Part shown: one piece after another, positions 27,861 through 37,778 of the stretch
How the letters are laid out: every line of letters begins with the position of its first letter
Position numbering within the stretch: the first letter of the stretch is position 1
IMG/VR virus record: IMGVR_UViG_2974515140_000001
Coordinates: 31,280-95,279 of that record
Strand: one strand, 5' to 3'
Origin: a virus
Taxonomy: Duplodnaviria > Heunggongvirae > Uroviricota > Caudoviricetes > Ackermannviridae
Length of the DNA stretch: 64,000 nt
The notes under the pieces: model-generated
Told to the model about the DNA's origin: nothing
The model's database searches: none
The model's input: only the letters and a program-made list of their open reading frames with translations
Program-made: the position numbers and the translations under genes

Positions 27861-28550
27861 ATGAAACGTTTAATCCTCGGGGTTGTGCTGGCAGGTCTGG
27901 CATTACCCGCCGCCGCCAAGCTGAACTCCACAGGTGAGAAACTGTGGTCTGATCTTTCCTACTGTGCTGGGTTCTCCCAGGCGGTCGCTATCGACAAGTC
28001 CGGTTCCATAGAGAACTTTGCTGAACTTTGGAACACGGGAAACGTCTCCACTGCCGTTGTTAATGCTGGGATTGAGTTCAACCGTTACAAACAGGGAGCC
28101 TACAACTTGAAAGGCTACCTGAATGACGATGAATTTAACCGAGGAGGCATGGAGGCTGGCGATCTCATCATGACTGGCCGTATGGGCACACAAGGCCGTA
28201 TGACTGTAAGGCAATGCCGTTCTCTCCCTTCTCCAGCATTACAGAAGGGTGTGCAAATCGGGCGTCGGCATCTGGATTTGATTAATGATGGCAACCAATG
28301 CATCAAGGTATTTGAATATAGTGCGGACCAAGAATCGGATCGACGTTTGAAAAAGGAATGGCGGACTCGTGCCCTTGGATTGAGATCATGGCTCGTAGAA
28401 AACGATTATTACTACGAGGATCGTGTTCAGAACGGATTGAAAGATCTTTCCACTAATTTGTCTGTCAATCTCGACGATCCAAGGCTTTCTCTTGAACTTA
28501 AACAAACAAGGATTGACTGCGATAATATGATGAAGGAGAATGAAAAATGA
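27861..28550 (+). CDS. exported protein with Sec signal peptide
   Basis: MKRLILGVVLAGLALPAAAKLN signal sequence. About 229 aa. Confidence 0.5.
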   Translation: MKRLILGVVLAGLALPAAAKLNSTGEKLWSDLSYCAGFSQAVAIDKSGSIENFAELWNTGNVSTAVVNAGIEFNRYKQGAYNLKGYLNDDEFNRGGMEAGDLIMTGRMGTQGRMTVRQCRSLPSPALQKGVQIGRRHLDLINDGNQCIKVFEYSADQESDRRLKKEWRTRALGLRSWLVENDYYYEDRVQNGLKDLSTNLSVNLDDPRLSLELKQTRIDCDNMMKENEK

Positions 28551-28867
28551 GAAACGTGTTGTTCTTGTTATTCTTTTCTGTTCTGGTATCATTCCAAGTT
28601 ATGGCAACTCCGGCTAGCAAATTGAATATTTGCGCGGCCTGGTTGTCCACTTATCAACAATTTCACCCTGACGATAAGGATACATCTATCCTTTTATCGG
28701 ATTATGAAGGCGAGTTGAAACGCCTTGATCTCTACAGCGTGGATCAAATAGAGAATGCTTTAGATTTGCCAATGATGGAGTCCGCTGCCGATAATAGCAA
28801 ACAGACGATCAAAGATCTGACTATGTGTCGGGAAATAGCGACTAATTTCGTTGGAAATCAAAGATAA
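28547..28867 (+). CDS. exported protein with signal peptide
   Basis: MRNVLFLLFFSVLVSFQVMATPAS signal. ATGA coupling with the upstream gene. Confidence 0.45.
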   Translation: MRNVLFLLFFSVLVSFQVMATPASKLNICAAWLSTYQQFHPDDKDTSILLSDYEGELKRLDLYSVDQIENALDLPMMESAADNSKQTIKDLTMCREIATNFVGNQR

Positions 28868-28917
28868 TTTTCAGGTTAAAATTTAACTTCCATTGAACTG
28901 AAAGGAAATACTTCGTG

Positions 28918-29724
28918 ATGATTATTACTAAAAAGATCGCCGAATCGATCGTTGAAAAGAATAAGATGTTCGCACCCAACAAAGCAAAGGTCATTCTGAT
29001 TCACGAAGACGGGCGCGTCATCTTCGCTGAAAAGTTCGAGCAGGGTTGTGCTTTCTGGTTCGCAGATACTATGCGCGAAAGCAAGCTGCAGGGCATCATC
29101 TATAAATTAACCCTGGTTGCCAAGCGCAATGATCAGGGTGATTGGGTCACAGTTTGCGATTTCAGCTCTAAGGTTGAAACTAAACCCAAAACTCGCCAAG
29201 AAAGGATTTTAGAGGCTCAGGAAAAACTTCGGGTCGCCCGCACATCATCCACAGAGAAGCCCGAAATCAAACCAGCCGTTATGCCTGCCACCAATAATCC
29301 GCTCCCACCTGTGGGTCAAAAGGCTTTCGAACAATACGTCGAAAAGCGAAAAGAAGAATCTATGAAGACTCCAGTAGAAAATAATGATGAGTCTGAATTC
29401 ATTTCAATACGACAGTTGTGCCCGCAAGAACAACGTTATTCTTCTCCAAATGATTTATTTGTGTCATTCAGATGCAACGGGAAGATCATCCTGTGTAAAA
29501 CTCTGCGTGAACAACTACCATGGCCGAACATCAATATGATGGTGAGTCGCAATTTTAAACGATTTGCTATTAGTGAAGGGAACGATTATCCCGTAAACAA
29601 GAGCGGAACGTATGCCAACAAACATATGTGCGGTAAATTGTCTTTCCCTAACGATTCCGGAACCATCCGTGTTCGTTTAGAATGGGATGAAACCCTGAAC
29701 ATGTATGTTGGTGATATAAAATAA
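28918..29724 (+). CDS. hypothetical protein
   Basis: About 268 aa. Confidence 0.45.
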   Translation: MIITKKIAESIVEKNKMFAPNKAKVILIHEDGRVIFAEKFEQGCAFWFADTMRESKLQGIIYKLTLVAKRNDQGDWVTVCDFSSKVETKPKTRQERILEAQEKLRVARTSSTEKPEIKPAVMPATNNPLPPVGQKAFEQYVEKRKEESMKTPVENNDESEFISIRQLCPQEQRYSSPNDLFVSFRCNGKIILCKTLREQLPWPNINMMVSRNFKRFAISEGNDYPVNKSGTYANKHMCGKLSFPNDSGTIRVRLEWDETLNMYVGDIK

Positions 29725-29781
29725 TTCAATAACATTAAGGCGGTTATTATTAAACCGCCTTTTATTTGAGAGACCTATATC

Positions 29782-30453
29782 ATGGACAAATCTTATCCTA
29801 TCATCCTTGGTGCAGACCAAGGGAACCTGCGATTCTCTGAACCTTCCTATATTGCTTACGCCCGTGTTGGAGGGGCCAAATACGTGTATTGCCAACATGA
29901 CCATGGGCGTGGTACAGGCATTCTTCATTATACGGTGAATGACACGATGATGGTCTCTCTGAAGCCAGAAGACGTTGTGTTGGCGAGGCGGGTTTACATC
30001 GACTTTAACGCGATGCACAATAATGAAATTGACGCGCGTTATCATGCCATGAAAGGTATGGAAGGTCATGGGATTATCTATCGCGTTGATCACTTCGATG
30101 ATTTCACTCAATCGATCGATTGGTTCGTTTCTGACAAAGTGATGGGCGAGCGGATCGTCACGACTCCTTGGGCACATGCAGAACAACTCAGGGTTTCCAC
30201 TGTTGCTTATGGAGAAGTAGACGCGTTGTGTCATAAATTCCGCATTTCGGTGTCTTGTAATGAAGACCTTGGTGAAGAGATCCAATGGACCGCTGAATCA
30301 CCACATTTTCGCGGACTTGAGATGCGTTCCGAAAGTCGTTCCCGTGCCGTAGTTCAATTGGTCCTGTGGGCGTTCTACCAGCGAACCCCGTTCTCTTACA
30401 TGGGACAGAAAGGAATTGATGAACTACTTAAATCCCACTCAGTGGAGGTGTGA
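29782..30453 (+). CDS. hypothetical protein
   Basis: 223 aa with gagagacctatatcATG initiation region. Confidence 0.45.
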   Translation: MDKSYPIILGADQGNLRFSEPSYIAYARVGGAKYVYCQHDHGRGTGILHYTVNDTMMVSLKPEDVVLARRVYIDFNAMHNNEIDARYHAMKGMEGHGIIYRVDHFDDFTQSIDWFVSDKVMGERIVTTPWAHAEQLRVSTVAYGEVDALCHKFRISVSCNEDLGEEIQWTAESPHFRGLEMRSESRSRAVVQLVLWAFYQRTPFSYMGQKGIDELLKSHSVEV

Positions 30454-30454
30454 T

Positions 30455-30742
30455 ATGTCCGGCGTATGGTGTGATGTATTATTAGTGAGATTTTCAAACG
30501 GGATGGATAATCAGATTATTTCATTCTTTTATCCTGTTCCCTTTTCTTCTATGGGTCTGACTGTCAAGCGCGTTCTTGACATAGAAGAAAAACTCAACGC
30601 CATGCCGTATATGGCGCGACCACACGTGCTGGGTTGTGAATTGTTAAACGAAATGATGATCGACGAGGATCTTGTTGAAACAGTCATCACACGTGATCAG
30701 ATGAAAACCATACTTGCTCAGGAAGAACCTCATGTCGAATAA
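30455..30742 (+). CDS. hypothetical protein
   Basis: In-frame ATG in ORF 30416..30742. Confidence 0.3.
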   Translation: MSGVWCDVLLVRFSNGMDNQIISFFYPVPFSSMGLTVKRVLDIEEKLNAMPYMARPHVLGCELLNEMMIDEDLVETVITRDQMKTILAQEEPHVE

Positions 30743-31052
30743 ACCGTTTGAACTTAAATTTCGCGTTTGGCATATTCCCCAGGTTCCTGGGGTCGCTTTT
30801 CATGTTGGGGTTCCAACATTTGAAGAAGCACAGCGCCTGAAGAATGCTCTGGCTGATTATGATTTGTTCCAGTTCAACAACAATATCAAGCCGGATTATT
30901 GTAACGCTTCGGGCATTCAGATTTATCAACATGATCTGACTGATGATGATCTTAATGACATGGGTCTAGATGATCGTTGGGTTGATATGGAAGATGTTGA
31001 CGAACTCGAAGATTATTTCGAGCATCTGCGCAGTACAGGGTGGGAAATATGA
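30732..31052 (+). CDS. hypothetical acidic protein
   Basis: In-frame ATG in ORF 30714..31052. Confidence 0.3.
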   Translation: MSNKPFELKFRVWHIPQVPGVAFHVGVPTFEEAQRLKNALADYDLFQFNNNIKPDYCNASGIQIYQHDLTDDDLNDMGLDDRWVDMEDVDELEDYFEHLRSTGWEI

Positions 31053-31357
31053 TTTCAAAATATATTGTAAAGCCTGGGGATACCCTGTCCAGCATCGCTC
31101 TAAAATTATATGGTGATGCCCAACAGTATATCAAATTATCCAGATTCAACAATATCCAAAACCCAGACCATATCACGGTTGGTCAGGTTATTTGTTTACC
31201 CACACCTGTTGAAGACAAAGAACACATTATGATTCCGGTTCAACCGACTCAGAAGTGTTTGGATGCGATAGCTGGTTTATTTCGACCAGGTTTTTGTGAC
31301 GGAACCATTGAACGTCACATTTATCAAGCGATTGTGGAAAACGCAGGTGTAAAATGA
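31049..31357 (+). CDS. LysM domain protein
   Basis: YIVKPGDTLSSIALKLYGDAQQYIKLSRFNNIQNPDHITVGQVICLP is a canonical LysM. Confidence 0.7.
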   Translation: MISKYIVKPGDTLSSIALKLYGDAQQYIKLSRFNNIQNPDHITVGQVICLPTPVEDKEHIMIPVQPTQKCLDAIAGLFRPGFCDGTIERHIYQAIVENAGVK

Positions 31358-31563
31358 TCGGATTAATTCGTTACCTGTTCATATTCGTAATTTCAACATT
31401 CATTTTATTTTTCTTTTTCAAATACTTGAAAGAGACTAAAATCTACCGAAGTAAACGTTGGCGCAAACGGGTGAGAGTAACTTTCCTGCTGCTGATTTCT
31501 TCGGTTACAATAACCGCACTCACATTGGGTGCATATATCTACATTTTTGAAGGGGTACATTGA
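31354..31563 (+). CDS. small membrane protein (2 TM)
   Basis: Hydrophobic 69 aa. ATGA overlaps on both sides. Confidence 0.45.
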   Translation: MIGLIRYLFIFVISTFILFFFFKYLKETKIYRSKRWRKRVRVTFLLLISSVTITALTLGAYIYIFEGVH

Positions 31564-32329
31564 TGTTCAAGAAATTGGTGTTCGGTGCAATTATGGTTCT
31601 GGCTGCAAGTCTACTTTCTGGTTGTGGTGGCGTTATCGATGAAGGTAACGTCGGCGTTCGTACCCAATGGGGTGAAGTAGACATGAACCCTGTAACGGCG
31701 GCGTGGATGTTTACACGACCAAAGAAGCCGTTGTGAGTCTGACTAAAATGACTCCAAAGGCGAAAGACAACCTGACTCTGGAAGACTTGGATGTAGATGT
31801 TTATTATACACCCAACGTCGCAAAGGTTCCGTGGTTCCATACCAAATTTGCTGGCCAGAGCGCCGAACTCGATGATGGCACGATAGCGGTGGGTTTCAAT
31901 CTAGTTAAAACTGCTGCAGCATCTTCTTCGATGGACGCCGTTTCTTCTCTTGATTCTATGACAATTCACACCCAACGGGCTGAGTTAGAAAAGATGATTA
32001 AAGATCGCACTCAGCAACAATTAGAAACTGCTGCGCCTGGCATGTTCACAATTACACGCGTGTTAGTGAAAAAGGCGCTGACAGATCCTTCTATCGAGCA
32101 GTCTATCCGTGATAATGTTATGGCGGACAAACGATTGGATACGGCGAGAAAGAACGTTGAAATTCGCGAGCAAGAAGCCCAAGCGAACCAAAAACTGACC
32201 ACCTCACTGACGCCTGAATATCTACAACATGAATATAACATGGTGTTACAATCATGCGCCAACAGTGGAAAATGTACTCTGATCGTTGACGGTTCCGGCT
32301 CAGGTAAAATGCTGAACGTCGGCAAATAA
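31563..32329 (+). pseudogene. SPFH/band-7 (HflK/C-like) lipoprotein interrupted by a -1 frameshift
   Basis: An N-terminal lipoprotein signal (MFKKLVFGAIMVLAASLLSGC) and the start of an SPFH domain stop at about 31736. The SPFH body continues in the -1 frame (track ORF 31703..32329). Confidence 0.45.
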
Positions 32330-32412
32330 ACGCTTTATTCAATAATATTTGTTAGGTAAGCTGTAGTCCTCTTGTAGTGAAACATTGTAAACAACTAACT
32401 GGAGTAATCCGA

Positions 32413-32691
32413 ATGAACCGTACTGATTTTATCGCTCACATCGCCCAAACTCAGGGTGTGACCAAAGGCGAAGCAGAGAAGATCGTAGCATCCTTTATCA
32501 ACGGCGTAAAAACTGCAGTCGCAGCTGGTCAATCTATCCAATTCGTCGGCTTCGGCGCGTTTGAAGTTAAACACCAGGAAGCGCGCACTGGTCGCAACCC
32601 GCTGAATGGGCAAGCGATTCAGATCGAAGCGAAAAACGTTGTTAAATTTAAAGTCGGCGAAGGTCTGAAAGCTGCTGCCAACGGTCAGTAA
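32413..32691 (+). CDS. HU/IHF-family DNA-binding protein
   Basis: MNRTDFIAHIA...VGFGAFEVKHQEARTGRNPLNGQAIQIEAKNVVKFKVG aligns closely with bacterial HU. Confidence 0.85.
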   Translation: MNRTDFIAHIAQTQGVTKGEAEKIVASFINGVKTAVAAGQSIQFVGFGAFEVKHQEARTGRNPLNGQAIQIEAKNVVKFKVGEGLKAAANGQ

Positions 32692-32738
32692 TCACGTCCA
32701 GCGCGGTGCGTCTATCACAGCGTGTTAGGCTAAAAGAG

Positions 32739-32768
32739 AAAGCCGAGGTATTAACCTCGGCTTTTTCG
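32739..32768 (+). terminator. rho-independent terminator
   Basis: aaagccgaggtattaacctcggcttt followed by ttcg. Confidence 0.6.
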
Positions 32769-32815
32769 TTGCTGGAATTCGGGTAAACTATAACAGAACC
32801 CAAAGGAGGAACAAC

Positions 32816-34537
32816 GTGACAGCATTTAATCAATACCGAAAGGCGATTGACGCCATAGGCCGTAAGGTTCCTATAGAAGAAATACAAAGCCTTGCCAAAA
32901 ACGAATTTCCATATGACAAGGCGAACCCAGGTCAGATGGAATGTATCGTTGAAGCTGTTGATGCACTGGTCAACAAAAAGATCAAACATGTGATCATCGA
33001 AGCCCCAACTGGCGTGGGGAAATCTTTGATCGGCACAACGATTCATAAAGTTATTCGCCATTTGGTTTTACATGCCGATCCTTATGGGCAATTCCGCACG
33101 TCTATCAGTACGCCCACCAAAGGTCTACAAGACCAATATGCTGCTGAAAAGGCGGTGGCGATAGACATCCTGAAAGGCAAGAAGAACTATCGTTGCCACG
33201 TGCACCCAGATGTGTATTACAACGCTGTGCAATGCCGTATAGCATGCCGAGACGGGCATTGTAGTAAACGCCGTTGTCCATATGTACAAGCACGTAATTT
33301 GTGGACGGACATTTCGTCATTGCGTTGCACTAATGCAGCTATGATGATTGAAATGTGCACCACCATATGTATGAAGCCTGAAAACCGCTCCGACATGCTG
33401 ATCTTAGACGAGTGCCATAAGATGCCCTCCACGCTCCTAGAGCACACGATAATGGAATACAATACAAAGGCTGTGGATGGGTTGCGAACTATCCCCGAAG
33501 GGAAGGAGATAGTCTCTATCATCGGCGATATTGTAGAACGAACTAAAGACTATGTCTTGGGCAAGTTGTATTCCTTGTCCGGTGAAATGCATTCAATGTT
33601 TGAAGACCTCCATCTTAAAGTGGAGTCTTTGTTGGAAGTTCTTGAAGAATTGGTTGAAGATGACCGCCTGAGTGAAAGCCAGGTGATGAAACTCGCCGAC
33701 ATTATAGATGTGCTACACAATCTGAGTGATTATTGTGGTATTATGTCTCAGACAAAGGCCAGCACCTTTATCGTACAGGAAAAGGGAGATGACTTTATCC
33801 GGTTCAAACCCGTCATGCCTTCTGATGTAAGTGAATTTGGTTTGTTCAGGAAAGCTGATTACCACGTTCATATGTCGGCAACAATCTGTGGGATCGATTC
33901 ATATGCTCGTTCCTTGGGTATCCGTCAGGGGGATTATCATTCCATTCAGATCGGCAACCCTATCCCGATTGAAAACAGAAAAGTCAACTATATGCCCATC
34001 GTTAAGATGACCAACAACATGGGTGATTATGAAATGAAAAGGCTGACGGAATACATTGATGAAATAATCGCATTCCATCCAGGGCAATCTGGCATCATAC
34101 ATACAGTGAGCTATGATCGCGCATTAGCAATACAAAAATTCAGCAAATACCAGAACTTTATCCATGTTCCGCGCACCCGAAAGGCGTTGATGGATATTAT
34201 GGAAAATGCCTTCAGGACAAAAACACCTTGTGTTATTGCCAGTCCGGCCATGGAAGAAGGTTATGATTTCAAAGGGGATTACAGCCGATTCCAAATACTG
34301 ATCAAAGTCCCTTATGATTATCTGGGCGATCCACTGATAGCACATATCAATTCAGTGGATCCGTCGGCATATTTCCGCAACGCAGTATTGCGCATTGTTC
34401 AGATGTGCGGACGTTCGGTCAGGGGTGTGGATGACTGGGCTGCAACATACATAATCGATTCTTCCTTTGAATCTCTTATGATGCGCAACCCAGAGTTCTT
34501 CCCAACCTGGTTCACCGATGCAGTATTTGAAGTTTAA
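32816..34537 (+). CDS. DinG/XPD(Rad3)-like SF2 helicase with Fe-S cluster cysteines
   Basis: Walker A EAPTGVGKSL and a four-Cys cluster (CRIACRDGHCSKRRCPY). GTG start with RBS aaaggagg. Confidence 0.6.
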   Translation: MTAFNQYRKAIDAIGRKVPIEEIQSLAKNEFPYDKANPGQMECIVEAVDALVNKKIKHVIIEAPTGVGKSLIGTTIHKVIRHLVLHADPYGQFRTSISTPTKGLQDQYAAEKAVAIDILKGKKNYRCHVHPDVYYNAVQCRIACRDGHCSKRRCPYVQARNLWTDISSLRCTNAAMMIEMCTTICMKPENRSDMLILDECHKMPSTLLEHTIMEYNTKAVDGLRTIPEGKEIVSIIGDIVERTKDYVLGKLYSLSGEMHSMFEDLHLKVESLLEVLEELVEDDRLSESQVMKLADIIDVLHNLSDYCGIMSQTKASTFIVQEKGDDFIRFKPVMPSDVSEFGLFRKADYHVHMSATICGIDSYARSLGIRQGDYHSIQIGNPIPIENRKVNYMPIVKMTNNMGDYEMKRLTEYIDEIIAFHPGQSGIIHTVSYDRALAIQKFSKYQNFIHVPRTRKALMDIMENAFRTKTPCVIASPAMEEGYDFKGDYSRFQILIKVPYDYLGDPLIAHINSVDPSAYFRNAVLRIVQMCGRSVRGVDDWAATYIIDSSFESLMMRNPEFFPTWFTDAVFEV

Positions 34538-35301
34538 TAACCTGCAATAAACGATAAATGGCACTTGATATTTGGTTCAAGTGTCGTTATCGTGATGATC
34601 ATATTATCCACATCTTGACTAAAAGATATATTTGCTATTGGTTTAGTCTGAACGTGGTTGTACAGGCTGTATATCAAATCTTCACCACGATAACCGATTT
34701 TGCCATCAGTGTCCTGCCAATGACCGAGGGTAGACTCTCGAGCGTGTACTCGGAATTCGACCATATGAAACAATGCTTTTGGGATGGTCTTCAGTATGCT
34801 GGTCCCAACAACCGGAATATCAATAGAAGAGTCGTTGGAGTTTCCTTCATAAACAGATTCCCAACCAAATATTGGATCACCTCCTGCCACAGGAGTTCTT
34901 TTCCAGTATTGGAATTCTGGGTTGCCCGAAGCGTTCTTTTGTAGGAGGATTACTTCACCGCCTTCAAAATTGGAAGTGTCTATATCGTCCCTTGCTAATA
35001 AATCTGCCGGAGAACCAATAAATTTCCAAGTTTCGCGATCTAAAATAGACTTATAATAATCGGTGAATACGTTGCTGTCGTTAGCTGCATTGATTGCGTC
35101 TTTAAGACCTTCACCTGTGACCATCTCATTAAGTTTTAGCCACATGTTTTTGACAGCTGACGCAGCTGCGACTTGACCTTCAGTCCCACCCGCCGTGTAG
35201 TCATAAATGATGTCCAGCTTTTGTATGGAATCATTTATAGACAAGAGCAAACGCTCAATTTCTGGGGCGGTCAGACTGAAACGATATGCGCGTTCTGACA
35301 T
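34534..35301 (-). CDS. hypothetical protein (minus strand)
   Basis: 255-aa ORF convergent with the helicase gene. Confidence 0.4.
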   Translation of the reverse strand: MSERAYRFSLTAPEIERLLLSINDSIQKLDIIYDYTAGGTEGQVAAASAVKNMWLKLNEMVTGEGLKDAINAANDSNVFTDYYKSILDRETWKFIGSPADLLARDDIDTSNFEGGEVILLQKNASGNPEFQYWKRTPVAGGDPIFGWESVYEGNSNDSSIDIPVVGTSILKTIPKALFHMVEFRVHARESTLGHWQDTDGKIGYRGEDLIYSLYNHVQTKPIANISFSQDVDNMIITITTLEPNIKCHLSFIAGY

Positions 35302-35343
35302 GATTCGTTCCTCATCGATAAAACCAGTTTGGGATACTTATAC

Positions 35344-35871
35344 ATGATTGAAATATACACTGACGGGGCATCATCCCCTCAGAAGACACGAGCCGCTGGT
35401 TGGGCATTTGCCATCAGTCCAATCACTGGAGAGCAATGGAAAGTGTTTTATGGGTATTTACCCCCGCCGTCAACGAACAATATAGCTGAGTTACTCGGGG
35501 TTATAAACGCGATGAAGATCCTATGGAAATTCTCTAATTGCGGTGAACGCTGCATTCCCTCAGCCCGCATTATATCCGACAGCCAATATGTTATCAATAG
35601 CGTTTTGGAGTGGCGTCGTAAATGGGAATATGAAGGAATGCCGCCTAAGAACACAGAACTTCTGCTCGAGTTGTTCGATTATTATGACAAAGTTTGTTCA
35701 ATTTGTGAACTTGAATTAAAATGGGTGAAAGGTCATGCAGGAACGATGGGCAACGAAATTGCGGATCAGTGGAGCGTTAGAGCCAAAGAAGATAGTTCAA
35801 TGGTTCTTGAAAATAACCGTTTCTCGGTCAAGAAAGTCGTTGGTTCTTTCAATGAATTCATTGGTATTTGA
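35344..35871 (+). CDS. rnhA: RNase HI (bacterial RnhA type)
   Basis: TDGA, NN.AEL, SDSQYV and KWVKGHAG..NE.AD motifs are all present in E. coli order. Confidence 0.85.
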   Translation: MIEIYTDGASSPQKTRAAGWAFAISPITGEQWKVFYGYLPPPSTNNIAELLGVINAMKILWKFSNCGERCIPSARIISDSQYVINSVLEWRRKWEYEGMPPKNTELLLELFDYYDKVCSICELELKWVKGHAGTMGNEIADQWSVRAKEDSSMVLENNRFSVKKVVGSFNEFIGI

Positions 35872-35882
35872 GGATTATCACG

Positions 35883-36674
35883 ATGGGTATGAATTTTGTA
35901 GACAGGGGTGATAACGTCACCAAATATTTCACAGACGAAGATAATGACCGTGTTGTTGGAATATTGAGAGATTGGATTCCGGCTCGCAAAAAGGCTTTGG
36001 CCGAAGGAACACCCCTACCAAGAATCCCCAATTATGTGGCCATGAATGTTCAGATGATTATTAAGAACATGAGTATGCGCTACAACTATCGTGATTATCC
36101 ATACCGCGAAGACATGGTCAGTGAGGCCGTTGTTAACATCCTTCGTTACCTCCATACATTTGACGTCAGTCATATCGGCAAGAAAGGAAAAATCAATTTC
36201 TTCTCTTGGGTAACGATGTGCGCCGATCGTTCATTCGCCAAGAAACTCACCAGTGAAGAAGAACACAATTATATCAAGTTGCGTTCATTTGAAGAAGCAG
36301 GTGGTTTCGCTGCATTATCAGATGACCCAGACTTCCAGCAACAGACATTCGTAGACAGCACTGGTATAACAATGGACTTTCGTGAGCGTATCGGAAATTT
36401 TGAAACTAAGAAAGAAGCCCAGCGCGAAAAGGAACGCCAAAAGCAAATCGCCATCAAAGAAGAGGAAAAGAATAAGAAAATTCCTCGCGGTATACTTCAA
36501 TGTCTCACAAAGAGTGAAAATACCATTACCGCCGACGCCGAAGATAATTCAGACTATGACTTCGGCTCTACTCAATTCAATCTGGAAGACGAAATATGTT
36601 CTATGGAACCAGATTGGGAAGAAGCAAAGAAACGAGCATTAGAACGGGAGCAACAAAATAATGGCGATTGCTAA
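35883..36674 (+). CDS. 55: late transcription sigma factor gp55
   Basis: Lies immediately upstream of 47-46 as in T4. The N-terminal region shows the gp55-like pattern. Confidence 0.55.
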   Translation: MGMNFVDRGDNVTKYFTDEDNDRVVGILRDWIPARKKALAEGTPLPRIPNYVAMNVQMIIKNMSMRYNYRDYPYREDMVSEAVVNILRYLHTFDVSHIGKKGKINFFSWVTMCADRSFAKKLTSEEEHNYIKLRSFEEAGGFAALSDDPDFQQQTFVDSTGITMDFRERIGNFETKKEAQREKERQKQIAIKEEEKNKKIPRGILQCLTKSENTITADAEDNSDYDFGSTQFNLEDEICSMEPDWEEAKKRALEREQQNNGDC

Positions 36675-37776
36675 AATTGGCGATTTACATATCGGGAGCC
36701 GTAATGGTTCCCGTTACGTTCGAGAATTCATAAAGAATTATCTCATCAATTATTTTATTCCAGAATTGGTTGACGCCGATATTAAAGAAGTGTGGCAATT
36801 TGGTGATACGTTTGATGTTCGCAAATTCATGTATGGGCGCGATAAAGATTGGTTGAAAGATGAATTGACGCCAGCGCTGCGCAAAGCAGGTATTAAATGG
36901 AATGGCATCGTCGGCAACCATGATATCACGTTAGAAGAGTCCAATCGCATTAACTGGCCTTCTTATCTTAATGAATTGGCACCAGATGTTTATCATTATT
37001 ACAGCGAACCAACTGAAGTAATGATTGAAGGTGTCAAGACCCTCCTACTGCCGTGGATTAACAAAGAGAACTATGATGCGTCCATTAAAGCGATACAAGA
37101 TACAGACGCCAAGTACTGTTTTGCGCATCTGGAGTTGGCAGGGTTCAAAATGTATCAGTCCTCTGTATGTGATAAAGGTCAGATCGACTTGGCGCTCCTT
37201 TCGAAATTCGAGCGCGTGGATACCGGACATTTCCATACCCGTTCGATGGAAGGTAACATTCAGTATATTGGGACTCCTTATCATCTTACCTGGGAAGACC
37301 ACAAAGACGGGACGAACCGAGGATTCTATGTAGACGACATGAATGGCGGGGAATTGTTTATCCCCAACAACGAACAACAAACGTTGTTCCGGTTCGTGGA
37401 ATACGACTACACACAAATGTCTTCTGATACTGAAGGAAACTGGATTGACCCAGATTGGCTAAACAATGGTTTGGGTATTGAAGGGCAAATCGTTAAGGTG
37501 ATTGTACAGAACCGTGACAATGCCAAGCATTATGAAAAGTTCTGTGACGCATTGAAGCGCTGTAAATGCATCGATTACAACTTCATCGATCGGACGATTA
37601 CTGTTGCTTCCGAGAAGGTAGAAGTCACTGAAGAGATGGTGGCGACTGATGCTGTGGAAGTCCTGAAGAAAGATATCCGCGCCGCCAATAATATCCAGCG
37701 CCCTGAAAATGTTTGCAAATTAGCAGAACAATTCTATAATGCTGCCCAACAACGCCTGAACACATTGGATGCATAA
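36661..37776 (+). CDS. 47: recombination endonuclease subunit gp47 (Mre11/SbcD-like)
   Basis: Phosphoesterase motifs GDLHIG, GD..D and GNHD. Confidence 0.85.
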   Translation: MAIAKIGDLHIGSRNGSRYVREFIKNYLINYFIPELVDADIKEVWQFGDTFDVRKFMYGRDKDWLKDELTPALRKAGIKWNGIVGNHDITLEESNRINWPSYLNELAPDVYHYYSEPTEVMIEGVKTLLLPWINKENYDASIKAIQDTDAKYCFAHLELAGFKMYQSSVCDKGQIDLALLSKFERVDTGHFHTRSMEGNIQYIGTPYHLTWEDHKDGTNRGFYVDDMNGGELFIPNNEQQTLFRFVEYDYTQMSSDTEGNWIDPDWLNNGLGIEGQIVKVIVQNRDNAKHYEKFCDALKRCKCIDYNFIDRTITVASEKVEVTEEMVATDAVEVLKKDIRAANNIQRPENVCKLAEQFYNAAQQRLNTLDA

Positions 37777-37778
37777 TA

